Positions 1 through 11,000 of a stretch of 64,000 nucleotides of DNA are shown in pieces. The stretch's first letter is position 1. Each line of letters starts with the position of its first letter. The notes beneath the pieces are model-generated. The model saw only the letters and a program-made list of their open reading frames with translations. It was not told where the DNA came from and did no database searches. The stretch lies in the NCBI GenBank assembly GCA_051294375.1, contig JBJCIZ010000239.1:4843581-4907580 (forward strand). The letters run 5' to 3'. The stretch comes from Paraspadella gotoi (Eukaryota > Animalia > Chaetognatha). The position numbers and the translations under genes were made by a program.

Positions 1-2045
1 ATATCCACTGACCCCGTCACAATATTCACGCCTGTCACTCTACATCACTAAAAATCACTTTAGCCCAATCTCATAACTCCAGTCCCATCTCCTAACTCCA
101 ACCCCACAACATCGCTCCAACCCCAGCACATCGCTCCAGCCCTCCATAACGTCACTTCCCAACCCCATCTAATCTCCAGCCCCATCGCCAAGGGCACGCC
201 CACGTCAACTCCATTTCCACCCCCGCCCCCCCACCGTCCCCCCTAACGCCCTCCCTAACGCCCTCCCGCGGGAGAAAGAGGCAATCTTCTTCTCTCTCGC
301 CGTCTCGCATGTCACGCCATCAGCGGAAGAAAAAAAATAAACAAACAGAAGAAAAAAAATCGACCGCAAGGGGGGGACGGGGGAGGGGAAAGAACTCAAT
401 AAAGTAACCACTACGAGTTATTAAAAAAAATATACATCGCCTTTCGAAATAATTACTTTTGGAAAAAAAAAGGGGGGAAAATTAGTATTTATTAATTTGA
501 ATTTATTAATTTTTTAGGCCAAGGATTTTTTTTTTTTGGTACAAAAGACAGAAGATTTATTGTACACTGATACAATTATCATTACTGACTTCTGAACTAT
601 TAAAGAGACAGTAATTATGACAGAACCGTTCAATATAAGCACTGCTTATGAAGCAGTCACTGAGCTTCGGATCAGACTGTATTCTGTATTCTGTATTCTT
701 TACGAATATCACCTTTCACTAAATGCATGCAATTTTAACTATTACTACTTTAATAATTAAAATGCAATAAACACCGCTCAGATGGCACAATCGTAGTTCA
801 CACAATAATTTGATCTCACACTGTGCCAGTTATCGTCTCTCACGGGATGCAATCGCAACTCTAACAATTATTATTTCTCACGCGATGTTATCTCAACTCT
901 CACAATTATCATCTCTCATGTGATTCAATTTCAACTCTCAAAATTATCATTTCTCACGCGATGCAATCTCAATTCTCAAAATTATCATCTTTCACACGAT
1001 GCCATCACGACTCACACAATTATCATCTCTCACACGATGCAATCACAAATCTCACAATAATCATTTCTCACACGATGCAATCCCAACTCTCACAATTATC
1101 ATCTTTTGCAAAACGCAGTCACGCTCCGGGGATAAAAATACGACGCCACCTCGAGGATGAAAAAAAAAAAGATCAACGGAACGTGACTCACATGTGGGAT
1201 GAAGAAGCGGATGGAAGATTGAAAAAAGCGGAAGTGGAAAGCGGAAATGCTTGTAGAGTCTGTAGCGATGTTTAAGTTGCAAGAGTTCAAAGTCCAAAGA
1301 TTGAAAATAGCTGAAGTGCGAAGCGAAAATCCCTGAAGATTGTGAAGCGATAAGGAAGCGTAATTCTGATGCGTAGAGAAAGTTGAAAAAAGCGGAAGTT
1401 CAAAGCAGAAATGCTAGTAGAGTCTTGAGCGATGTTGAAGAAACGAAAGTCGGAAGCGAAGAGAATATTGAAAAAAGCGAAAGTGCGAAGCGGAATTATC
1501 TTAGAATCTGAAGCGAATTTGTTGAAGAACCTAAAATCCTCGTCCGAAGTGAAGAGCGAAGGAGCAGTTGAGAATGCGTAATTCTGAAGTGGAGACAATG
1601 TTGATTGAAGTGGAGAAACTCAAAATTAAAATTGTGTTTTCGAAAAACGAATGAAGTATTAACGCAGAGAATTTAAAAAAAAAAGCTATTTATTTAAAGA
1701 ATGAAAACTTAATTAATTGTGCTTAAAAGTCTTAAACGAAAGACAAATACTAGTTTGAAAATTAAAGATTTTGAAATTAAGATGTTTTTTGAGTTCGAAA
1801 TGAAAAAATATCGAATGAAAAAAATTTTGGGCCAGTAACTAACGGGAAATTGTAACGCCGGGTTCTGAATTACTAGAAGTGAAATTTTTTAGGCTAAAAA
1901 TAGAAAATTACTGTTGAAATTAGGAGGAGGAGGAGGAGGAGGAGGAGGAGAAAGATGGAGGATGCGTTGATGCCGGGAAATCCAAGTATCCAGAAAAATG
2001 AATGAATAATGTTAGGTCGGGTAAGAAGAAAAGAGAGAGGGAGAG
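1..2045. repeat. Segment A; inverted copy at ~28080-30209
   Basis: The reverse complement of ~28080-30209 matches 1-2045 throughout, with many small indels. Similarity stops at ...gagggagaga (2045). Confidence 0.9.
826..1105. repeat. 38-bp minisatellite, about 7 copies (inverted copy ~29050-29345)
   Basis: A unit like cacaattatcatctctcacacgatgcaatctcaactct recurs at 38-nt spacing (e.g. 901, 939, 977). Confidence 0.85.
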
Positions 2046-2258
2046 AAATCCACAACGGTAAATCTTCGGGACCGGTTGGGAAGAAAGATCCCACCTGCGT
2101 CGATTCTAGGTGATCGAACGAGTTGACATTCCATCAACGACGGAAGATTGATCAATGCAACCACGGACGTAAGGATCCGCGGCGCCTTCGGGACTGCTTT
2201 TCTATTGCGATTAGGGATCCCGGACTAGCGACGACGCGTCATCGGTCTGGTAGATACT

Positions 2259-3545
2259 TTGTCGGAACTACGTCATCGGCTTTCTCGAACTGGCAGTGAG
2301 ATTGAAGTCCGGTTTCGACTTGTTTTATTTCTTCTCTTTGCGTTTTTTGGGCTGCCCGAACTTCGGCGAAGCCTTCCCTTCGACTTCAACGCCGTCTTTT
2401 TATGCTCGCGCACGAAATCAGGAATGGGAGAAGTAAGCGCGCCAGCAATCAAAAGTGCGTCGAGAAGCTCGAGTGCCGAAGCCCTATGGAACTCCCCTTT
2501 CCGTCTTTTGGGTTGACGTCGCCGTTCGTTTGTAAAGACGAGGTTTTGCTGGCGCTCTAGTGCGGTCGCGAAAAGAGAGGGATATCGAATGCTTCAAGAC
2601 GACGCGGCTGAACCCTCTCCCAAACTTAAGCCAATCCGAGAATATCTGACAAGCCCTTCTCACGGCGGAAATGACTCTATTCCCGACGAGTCAGAACCCT
2701 CAGGATGCAACGTTTCCTACGCAACCTCAACGTCGACCAGCGTGGGTGAGGCTCAGCGATTTCGTACGATTCGCGCCAAAGCCGCCCGCGACGGAAGAAA
2801 ACATCGCGGAGGCCCAACGCGGAAGATTCGCATTAAAAGGCAAATTTGTGAAGTCGTCCGTTCCACGATCACCAAGAGGTAAGATGGAATGACGAGGCGT
2901 TGGAGCTTTGTCGGAAGCTCCTCGATCGCTCAGCAACATCCTTGGACATGCGCGTCAGTCGATTCGCGGGCAATTTCTATGTACTTGACAAATGTTTCAT
3001 CGGTTGAAGATTTCGTCGACAGGACGCTCCTGTATCCCCCGCAGGCACGGATGATGACGATGCGAAGGAAATTCGGGACTTAACGCCAAACGTCTCCTTC
3101 AAGCTGCAAACCATCCGACGACGACTACGTGCGTCCATCCCGACCAATTATCCGTCCCGCCTCCACCGACTTAGAAGATGAACGTCGAATCAACGTCGCG
3201 TCATTTTTTCCGTTTGGACGCCGTTCGGGGGGGGGGGACGTTGTCCGGTATCAGCGCACTGAGAGAAATAACAACTATTCTCACCAAACAATCGACGACG
3301 AAGATGTGGGATGCGTCGCCCAGGAGGTGGGCAGGGTCTGTTGCGGATGGCTTGGCGTCGAGCAGGGACCGTCGAGACGCCCGCAGGGCCGACGTCGTCA
3401 ATTTATTCTTGGATCGACGAGAGAACAGAGTTTCAAATCAAAACATAATCTTGTCCGCCAATGAGAATACAGAAGGTGCTCGAATTATGATGAAGCGTCC
3501 TCGGTCGCGTCGATGGAGTGCGCAGGAATTCTTGTACAGCTTCGA
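2259..3545 (+). pseudogene. Eroded BEL/Pao pol remnant (RT to RNase H / Peptidase_A17 region)
   Basis: Collinear motif echoes across frameshifts, each against the Pao-like consensus in brackets: VRFRL..FDFNAVFL (LLRFR..ADIEKMFL), FVKTRFCWRSSAVA (YRLTRVPFGLTSSPFLA), DEALELCRKL..MRVSRFAGN (EEA..L..FNLRKWASN), RRINVASFFPFG (KR.ILS.IASIFDPLG), MWDASP (WDEPLP), ENRVSN..ANENTEGA..RWSAQEFL (NRV..DNPAD..WW.GPEFL). No intact YVDD and no integrase seen. Confidence 0.55.
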
Positions 3546-4289
3546 CTCTTCATGAGCTTCGAATAGATTGAGAGAAGTGTGTGAATCGGCGGAGAACGAA
3601 CGTGTGTACCTCCGCTGCGCCGTAAGCACAAGTCGGACGAAAATGGAAAAGACTTGAAGAGAAGAAGTGAAGATTTGCAGCAGCCGGTAAGTACGAGCTT
3701 TGGGCGAAGTTCGAGAAGTGACCTGTTTCCACGTCATGCGCCCTCAACATCGCGTACGGCTGAGTGGGTCGAGCTCAGTCTGCTCTCCCCGTCTTGAGCC
3801 CTCTTCTCCAAAGCTCGTCAACCGTCCTTCACACTCCATCTCCGTCCGTATGATTCGACGATTCCACTGCCCATGAAATCGCCGTCACGTCTCATCAAAG
3901 TCGGCGGCAATGCGTCGACCGACATCGTGATCATCATTCGTCGAACCGGAACGCTGGATGCGAGGAGGCGTGCGGCGTTGGAACGGGAAACCGTGGCGTC
4001 CGCCTGCCGCTGATCCCGCCCAAGTCCGCAGTTCTTTGCCATGGAGTTTTTGCGCGACGCGATAAGGGAACTCTTAATGAAGAATTGCGTCGGAGGCGTC
4101 GAGAACGAGGGGAGTGAATCCTCCCCCCAAAGTTCCACGCCTACTTTGCCTGCCGGCGTTCTTGGCCGCTGTTTGCGGCGTTGAACCGGCGCCGAAGCGC
4201 CGCTTCAATTCACGAGACGTCTCGCCGATTTTGCGGCTTCAAACGTCTCTGTCGGCCTCAAGGCATCAAACAGGCGTCATCCTCTGATG

Positions 4290-5349
4290 CCGGCGCCGTT
4301 CGAGGCAGCCTTCCGTCGCTCCGCTGCAATGGCGACCGGGTTTTTTTGTTGAGTCAAGCTCAACGCTCGCCTACCAAATGCTTCAGCAGCAGCGCCAAGA
4401 TCAAGGTGCGACGAGACTTCGTCGCGATTGGACTTTGAGGCGTCAAACTTCGCGATTTCAACGTCGCCGTCTGCACGTTGGAGGCGCCTCGATCCAATGA
4501 AGTTGAAGGAGCTTCCCTCACTGGTTCGACGGTACTTCCCAGCGTTCCAATCCGAACGATTTCTATCTCGATAAACAGACGCTACCGCGGCTCTTAGCGA
4601 CGCCTTTGGCGTTCTCAAGAGAAAAGTGGGAATGAAGCGGACGACGCGACGAAATGATTGAACAGATCCCTCCGCGGCCCAAAGCTGATCGAAGGACTCA
4701 GGGGTCATCATGGTCCTTCTGGTTCCCATTTGCAGCAGGTGTACGACCTTCGCGAAGGGACGGGCCGACTTGCAGACGCTCGAACGTGCGGCCCGTGTGA
4801 TGGATATCATGCTCGCCAATAAACGGCAATGGCCACCACCTTTCAATAAGTGGCGAAAAAAAATGGTTATTTTGCAGGAATCATAGAATGGAATTACGAT
4901 CCTTCTTTCTGTGATTTCTTGTTTTCCTTGACCATAAACCAAAGAGATTCCTCGATTCAGACCGACGGCGAAAAATATAGAAAAATCCAGCGGCGACGAG
5001 CAGAGCGAAGACGGCGCGAAGGTCGACGCCGCGTCAGCGGACAAATCATCGAAGAAAGAAGGCTTCGGTGGCCGCCTCAGCCCGTTCCTGCAACAACGGA
5101 GAACCGCGACTTCAAAATCGCGTCGTCGTCGACGCCGGGACGAAGAACTTACTTGCCATGCTCACTTTGCGGGGACGCATTCTTTGCACAGCTGTGAAAA
5201 ATTTCAACGTCTGTGGCCCGCAGATCGTCGGAAAACTTTGGCGTCATCAGCCCGCTGCTTCAACTGCTTGGAAGCGTCATCGTGTCGAAAAATGCCCTAC
5301 AAAGGAGCGCTGCTTTGCTACAAAAATTCATCATCCGCTTCTCCATTAG
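4290..5349 (+). pseudogene. BEL/Pao gag remnant with triple Cys/His cluster
   Basis: Frameshifted CSLCGDA..HSCEKF..DRRK..ARCFNCL..H..KCP..CF..HHPLLH at 5155-5349 is the typical Pao Gag C-terminus. Upstream LPSLRCNGD is DUF1759-like. Confidence 0.75.
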
Positions 5350-6728
5350 AACGGTTTGAAGCCCCGTCAAGGATGCGGATTTTCAAAAAGTATCTTCACG
5401 CAATTCGACATCGACGAGCAGCGGCAATTTAGTCTGACGCCGCGCCGAATTAGTCCAGTGACCGGCGCCGTGTGTAACAGAACTACGTGACTTTGCCGTT
5501 AGCCGCCGAGCGGGGGCGCGTTTCCGCCCAGCGGCGCGATCGTGGAACGTCGTTCGAGCGACGACGTAATCACTTTGGTAATTTTATTTGGATTATGAGA
5601 TATCTGCGTTTTTTAAAATACCGTTTTACAAAGTGATTAAAACTGCAAAGCTTAAGTCCGTTAAATATTTTATTCTCGACTGAGTCTACACTCCCTAGGC
5701 CCAAAGGTGAAAATTGAAGATTTCTTGGTTGACGAACGCGTTCCATCTGGAATGGAAGGATTCCCTCGCGTCGACGTTCTTGCGTTTGGTGACGACGCTC
5801 ACCTGCGCGAGAAAAGATTTCTCTTTTTATTTCATCTCGTGGGAACCAGAGAATCGAAATTGCCGCGGTAGAAAGTTTCCTTCTCTACAAAGATGTCGGA
5901 CGTCGACCATCTGCGGCAAGGGTCGTCGAGCTCCGCGGAAATTCATCTGACAACCTGACTTCGTATCGATGTCGACAACGTGCAGCTCAGCCCGTGAAAT
6001 TCGGCGAACATTTCGACCCGCCGATGTTTTCCGGCGCCATCACGAAGCGTGTTCTTCACGTGCAGGGGGCTTCGCTGGGTGGAGCGAATTCGTCGTACGA
6101 TACGTTCGAACGGGCCGAGGTAACTGGATGCGATTAATTTACTTCCATCGAGATATTATCCTCTGGATCGGCGGGCCAAGCCTACAGAGACACGCCGGAG
6201 ATGTCTTCTTCTGGAATGCCTCCGAGATGCCCTGCGCGTCAAGTATGTAAGTCGCGTCAAGTTTAGTCATTGAGTAAATTTTTAATCGCGTCGTCGCCTA
6301 ATCGTCTCATCCGTTCGAGATAAATTCATGTTTTAAATTCGTTATTTTTTCATGGCGATTTTCGCTCATCGTCAAATATGTAAATTCGAGTATAAAAAAA
6401 ATCGCTTTTTCTCGTTTTCCAAATATCGAATTGTCTAAAACATGGATCATCCCTTGTGGTACGAATAGAGAAACGTCCTGATGATGCGAATCTGGGCCTC
6501 TCTCTCTCTCCTATCACACGGGAAAAGGTGATATGGAATTAATTCCATGAAATGCGGACTGATTATTCTTTGGATGCCGGGATCGATGTGGCCAAATTAA
6601 CGAGCGTCTGGTCTCCAATGGAAACCAAAGATCATCCCGGGTTTCGTCGCGAAGATTGACGCGGGTGGCTCCGTCTAGTCGACGCTCTCCCCGTTCCACA
6701 CGGCCATAATTATTCCGTTGCTTCGTGG

Positions 6729-7201
6729 ATGCTGGATCGTAATTGCTGGCCTTTCGTTAGCCGCGTGTTAGAGACTTTTTTAGCCTTCAACGTGATCTGC
6801 CGGCAAGAAAGGCATCCTCGAGTCCTCTCGTCGAAATCCATTCGACACGATAGCTTACGCGCACTGACTACTCGTTCGGTCCGATCTGATGATACGCTTG
6901 TGGAAAAATATTCGGTTTTCAAGAATGGACACTTTTTCTCAATGTTTAATCGGCCTATACAATCTACAAGGCATGTGCTGAGAGTCTATCTCGGCCTCTT
7001 CGTGGGTTGTCTCCTTCGTCGACTGCGGGGGAATGACGCTTCAACGCTGTCCTCCGAGGCGAAGCATCCGATCATGAGCGATCCATCGTCTCGGCCTCAG
7101 CGCCGAGATTATCAAAAATCCTTTAACGTCAGCGACATCTTATCCCATTGGAATCGCAGAGTCGGCCTACTCGCTCTTCCTGTAAACAGAGGGAACCACT
7201 G
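6729..7201 (+). pseudogene. Ulp1/SENP (peptidase C48)-like fragment
   Basis: SLRALTTRSVRSDDTLVEKY resembles L..L....WLxDEVI..Y, and LLALPVNRGNHW resembles the catalytic-His motif (I.IPI...HW). The sequence turns into a purine tract right after HW. No catalytic Asp or Cys motif found. Confidence 0.45.
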
Positions 7202-8045
7202 GGAGGGGTAAATAGAGGGAGAAAGAGGGAAGGAGAGAGGAGAAGGGAACAGAAAAAGGGGAAAAGAAGGGGGGAGAGGAAAGGTAAGCCGGAAAAAAAG
7301 AACGGAAAAAAAGAAAACCCGAAACAGGGGAAGGAAGGGGGGGACTGGGAATCGAGAACACAAAGAGGAGGGAACGGAGGGAGGAGAAAGGGGGGAGGGG
7401 AAAGAGAAAAGACCGGAAGGAGAGAAACCAGAGAGGGACCCCGGAGACTCAACCCCGAGAACGGAAAAAAGGAAAAAGGAAAGAACTCGGAGGGGAAACA
7501 GAAGGGAGAGGAGAGAGGGGACCAAAGGGAAACCAGGGAGGAGAACCCTCCGAAAAAGAAGGGGCGAAAAGACGGGAAAGGGAGGACTCCGAAAGTGGGG
7601 GATAGGAGAATGAAACGGGAACCGGAGACAAAAAACCCCCCCGGAGGGGAAAGGAAAAAGGAGGCAGGAGAAAGGGAAGAGAGAGGGAGCCGGGAAAGGC
7701 GGAAAAGGGAACGGAGACCCCCGGAGGAAGGAGGAAAAATGGGGGAGAAAAGAGGGAAACCAATAGGGAAAAAAAGACTGAAGAACGGAGGGAGGGGAGG
7801 AGGGAAGGAGGAGGGAGACCGGGGGGAGGGAGACAGGAGAAACGGAAGAAGGGAGGGAGGGAGACCCCCGGGAGAGGAAGAGGGGACGAGGGAGAGGGAG
7901 GAGGTGGAGAGAGAAGGGGAAGGAGAGGAACCGGAGAGGGAGGAAGACCCAGGAAACGGGCCAGGGGGACAAGGGGGGAAAGAGGGGAGAAGGAGAGGAG
8001 GGAAAGGGACTGGGGGATCAAGGGGAGGAGAAGAGGAGAAGAAGG
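7202..8045 (+). repeat. Non-periodic, almost T-free purine-rich tract
   Basis: About 840 nt of G/A with scattered C and very few T. It gives spurious long ORFs on both strands. Confidence 0.85.
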
Positions 8046-11000
8046 GAATATCCAAAAGTTGACGAGCCTGTGGAGGCCCGGCGTTTATCAGAAAGGGTGC
8101 CTTAGCAACGACTCGTACGGGCGGCGCGCGTTCAGTGGCGGACCGAATGAAAAATTTCGATCGCGATCGATTTTAAAAATCATCCGTTTGATATTAGTTT
8201 GCGGGAAAGTTGAAATTAAATACGAATACCTCACCTCAAAGACATACTCTTTTGTACATATTTTTCATTTTATTGCTATGCATAACCGAAATTATTTTTA
8301 CAGAGGCTTCGGCCGAAAAAGAAATTCGTTTTCCCTTATTTTGCTTAGTTTTCGCTTCGGCCGAATTTCCCCCATAGGACTAAACCAAACCTGAAATTCT
8401 GATTAAATGATTTTTCCAGATTGAATTTTTTGATTATTTATTTTTACTGTTTAAGACAATGTTTTCTTCAGAAACTGTTTTGTTTTGTTAGTACTTTATA
8501 TTAAGAATTTATTTTATTATTTTAAGTGACTGGAGTAGGGTTTTTTAAAAATATTTAATTTATTTATTTTATTTTCGATTTTTCGTAAGTGCACCCCTAC
8601 TCGAAATTTTTTGTTCAGATTTTTGACAGTAAAAATGAAAATTTTCGAATTCTTCTCATTTGTCTAATTTTTTATTACGGATTTCACATTTATAGTAAGA
8701 TCAAAATGGGATTTTGGCGTACAGTCGTAATCGTTTATGCCGATTTATTCGCCGTTTTCGGTTTTTATCGTACGTCATCGCGGGCTGATATTTGAAGATA
8801 CGCGATTTTTGGAATTTTATTTTGGAAAAAGAAAAAATATTTTTTATTTTTTAATATTTTTTGCCTCATTTTGCATAACGGGTTTTCAAACGGACCGTCG
8901 CGGTATTGTCGCTTCGTTCTTTGTTTTCCTCCCTTTTTCAGGTTTGGAGACCGTCCTTGTCGAGTTTCTCCAAGGTTTCAAGCGGGAACCAACTTTATAA
9001 ATTATTTCAAAGCTTCAAGATGCGGGCCTCCATCACTTTGTCAGGTGCTCTGCACGACGACAGCCAGGAGCAAGTTCCTGCTCGACAGGCTCCTGCAGGG
9101 GCGTTTCGGACGTTGGCGTCGTCTCGCGGAACAGCAGGAGACGCAGAGTGCAGAGTGCCCGGAAAATCTGTGGACTCGCAAGGCGATGTACAGAATTCCC
9201 GAGGCCCCCTGTGGTACTAGCGGACCTAAACCGAACCTTGTGGAGGTGGTAAAGGGTTTGAAAGAAGAGCACAAGAGGCAGTTATTCTGCTGCTTCCCGA
9301 GGAGGAGACCTCGAAGTCTGCGGCCGGGCTCGCGAGCCCCCGCTTTAGGGTGCCGCGGAGGAGCGTGCCATCAAGAGAGAGGTCACCGGAGGCATTTTAG
9401 ACGTCCGTTGATTCATTTCCGGCGTCGAACAGTCGCCGAAAGGAGGAGTTTCTCCCGGGATCAGGCGAAAAGGTCGCAAAGGGCAGGCAGCGGTCTTTAA
9501 GTCTGAGGCAGCAGGTAGAGAGGGTCGTTGTTGAGTTTCCATCTCGACGCCCGCTCTCTGTGCGTTCAGTGGCAGCCTTGGTGTCCGTGGGTCCGGCGGG
9601 AGATATTTTGAGATTGTTTTATATTTTTTTTTTTGAAGTTGTTTGCGGGACGGGTTTAGCATACAGCCCTAACTCCCTTCTGAGATATGGGGGCTTAAGA
9701 TCTTGTTACAGCACATAGAATCTTGTTTAAGGTTTGGGGTTTTACGGAAGCTCCCTCCCCTGTTAAAACCACTGAGCTATTTAAATATTGGTGGTTAAAT
9801 GTCACGTGATTTAGCTTATTTTATTTGCACAGTAAAGTAAGTATTATTACGCGCTTGTGTCGGTCTGAGTTATTTTCTCAGTCGGGCATCCTAAACAATA
9901 TTACATGTGCTTATGATAAGATAAAGTCGCAAAAATAGTACCTTTGATTATAAATTACCTAGGCTAATTTTTAATCTGCATTTTTCCGCACACTTGTATA
10001 TAAATTATAATATTTATTTCTTAATTTTTATTTCGTGCCTTTTTATTCACAGAACTCAACGGTTCCGGTTCGTCCGTTCGTCAGTGGGTCAGTGGTTCTC
10101 TCTGAGGATTTCATCTGACGACGTTCAAGAAATGGTATTCTATAGTTAGACTCACTTCGAGATTTTTCGTTTTTTTTGTGTCCGCGTCCGTCTTTACGGC
10201 GGACAATTTTTTCGTTTTTCAAGTCTGCGTCCGTTCTATACGGCCAGGCATTTTTTATTCTTAAACGGGGGCGCAGGAAGTTTTTTCAATTTTTGTGCGA
10301 CGGCCCGGTCGCAGAGAAGAATAGAAGTTTTTCGTTTTTTGAATCGCTTTACTAGCGGTTTAAAGTAAAATTATTAGAGAATTTTTTAATATAGCCGAGC
10401 GTTTTTTTAATGGGTTTAATTTTTTAAATGATTCGGGTAATTTTTATATGCTTAATTATTCTTTTTCATTTTTTGATATAGATTAAACTCCGTCGAGAGC
10501 GCGAGCCAGCCTTGGCTCTTTTTTCGGTATTTTTTCTAAAGTTAACAGGCCCCGGCGCCTGAGGCTTAGGCTATTTTTTACTTTGAAACGATGGCGCTCA
10601 GGCTTTTTCTCGAAAGCCTTTTTTCTTTTCTGTGAGCTGAAAAGCCGTCTTCTAGTTTATGATTTAACTATTTTTTCATTTTAATTAATAGTTATTTTTA
10701 TTTCTTTATTTCCCGTTTTTTCTGGATTTATTCAAATTCGACTGAAAAGTTGGATTCTCCTGTGGCGGGAGTAAAGGGTGGGACTTCGAAATACGGATTC
10801 GATTTCCTGTAAAACGTGGCGAAAACGTTATTTATTAATCATTTTTCTTTCAGTCACGTCACTCGGATTCCTATTTTTCTGCACTTTGCAAAACTTTTTT
10901 ATGGGAGTGCCCCGTTACAAAAGCCGTATTTATTTTTATTTCAATGTTTTGTTCATGTTTATTTGCCTATTTATTTCGGCATTTCTGCACTATGTCGACT

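Noticed and set aside
826-1105. Regular ~38-bp repeats as a possible CRISPR array
   Set aside because: Units are contiguous with no unique spacers, there are no cas genes, and the context is eukaryotic.
1150-1580. Lys/Glu-rich coding-like repeats (LKKAEV/LKKRK)
   Set aside because: Stops and frame changes in both copies, no splice support, no recognisable family.
5714-5950. Chromodomain-like words (LEWKD ... SWEPEN)
   Set aside because: Spacing is far longer than in chromodomains and the other conserved residues are missing.
7112-8062. ORFs of 190-308 aa rich in P/F/S or G/E/R/K
   Set aside because: By-product of a T-free tract lacking stop codons; open in several frames on both strands.
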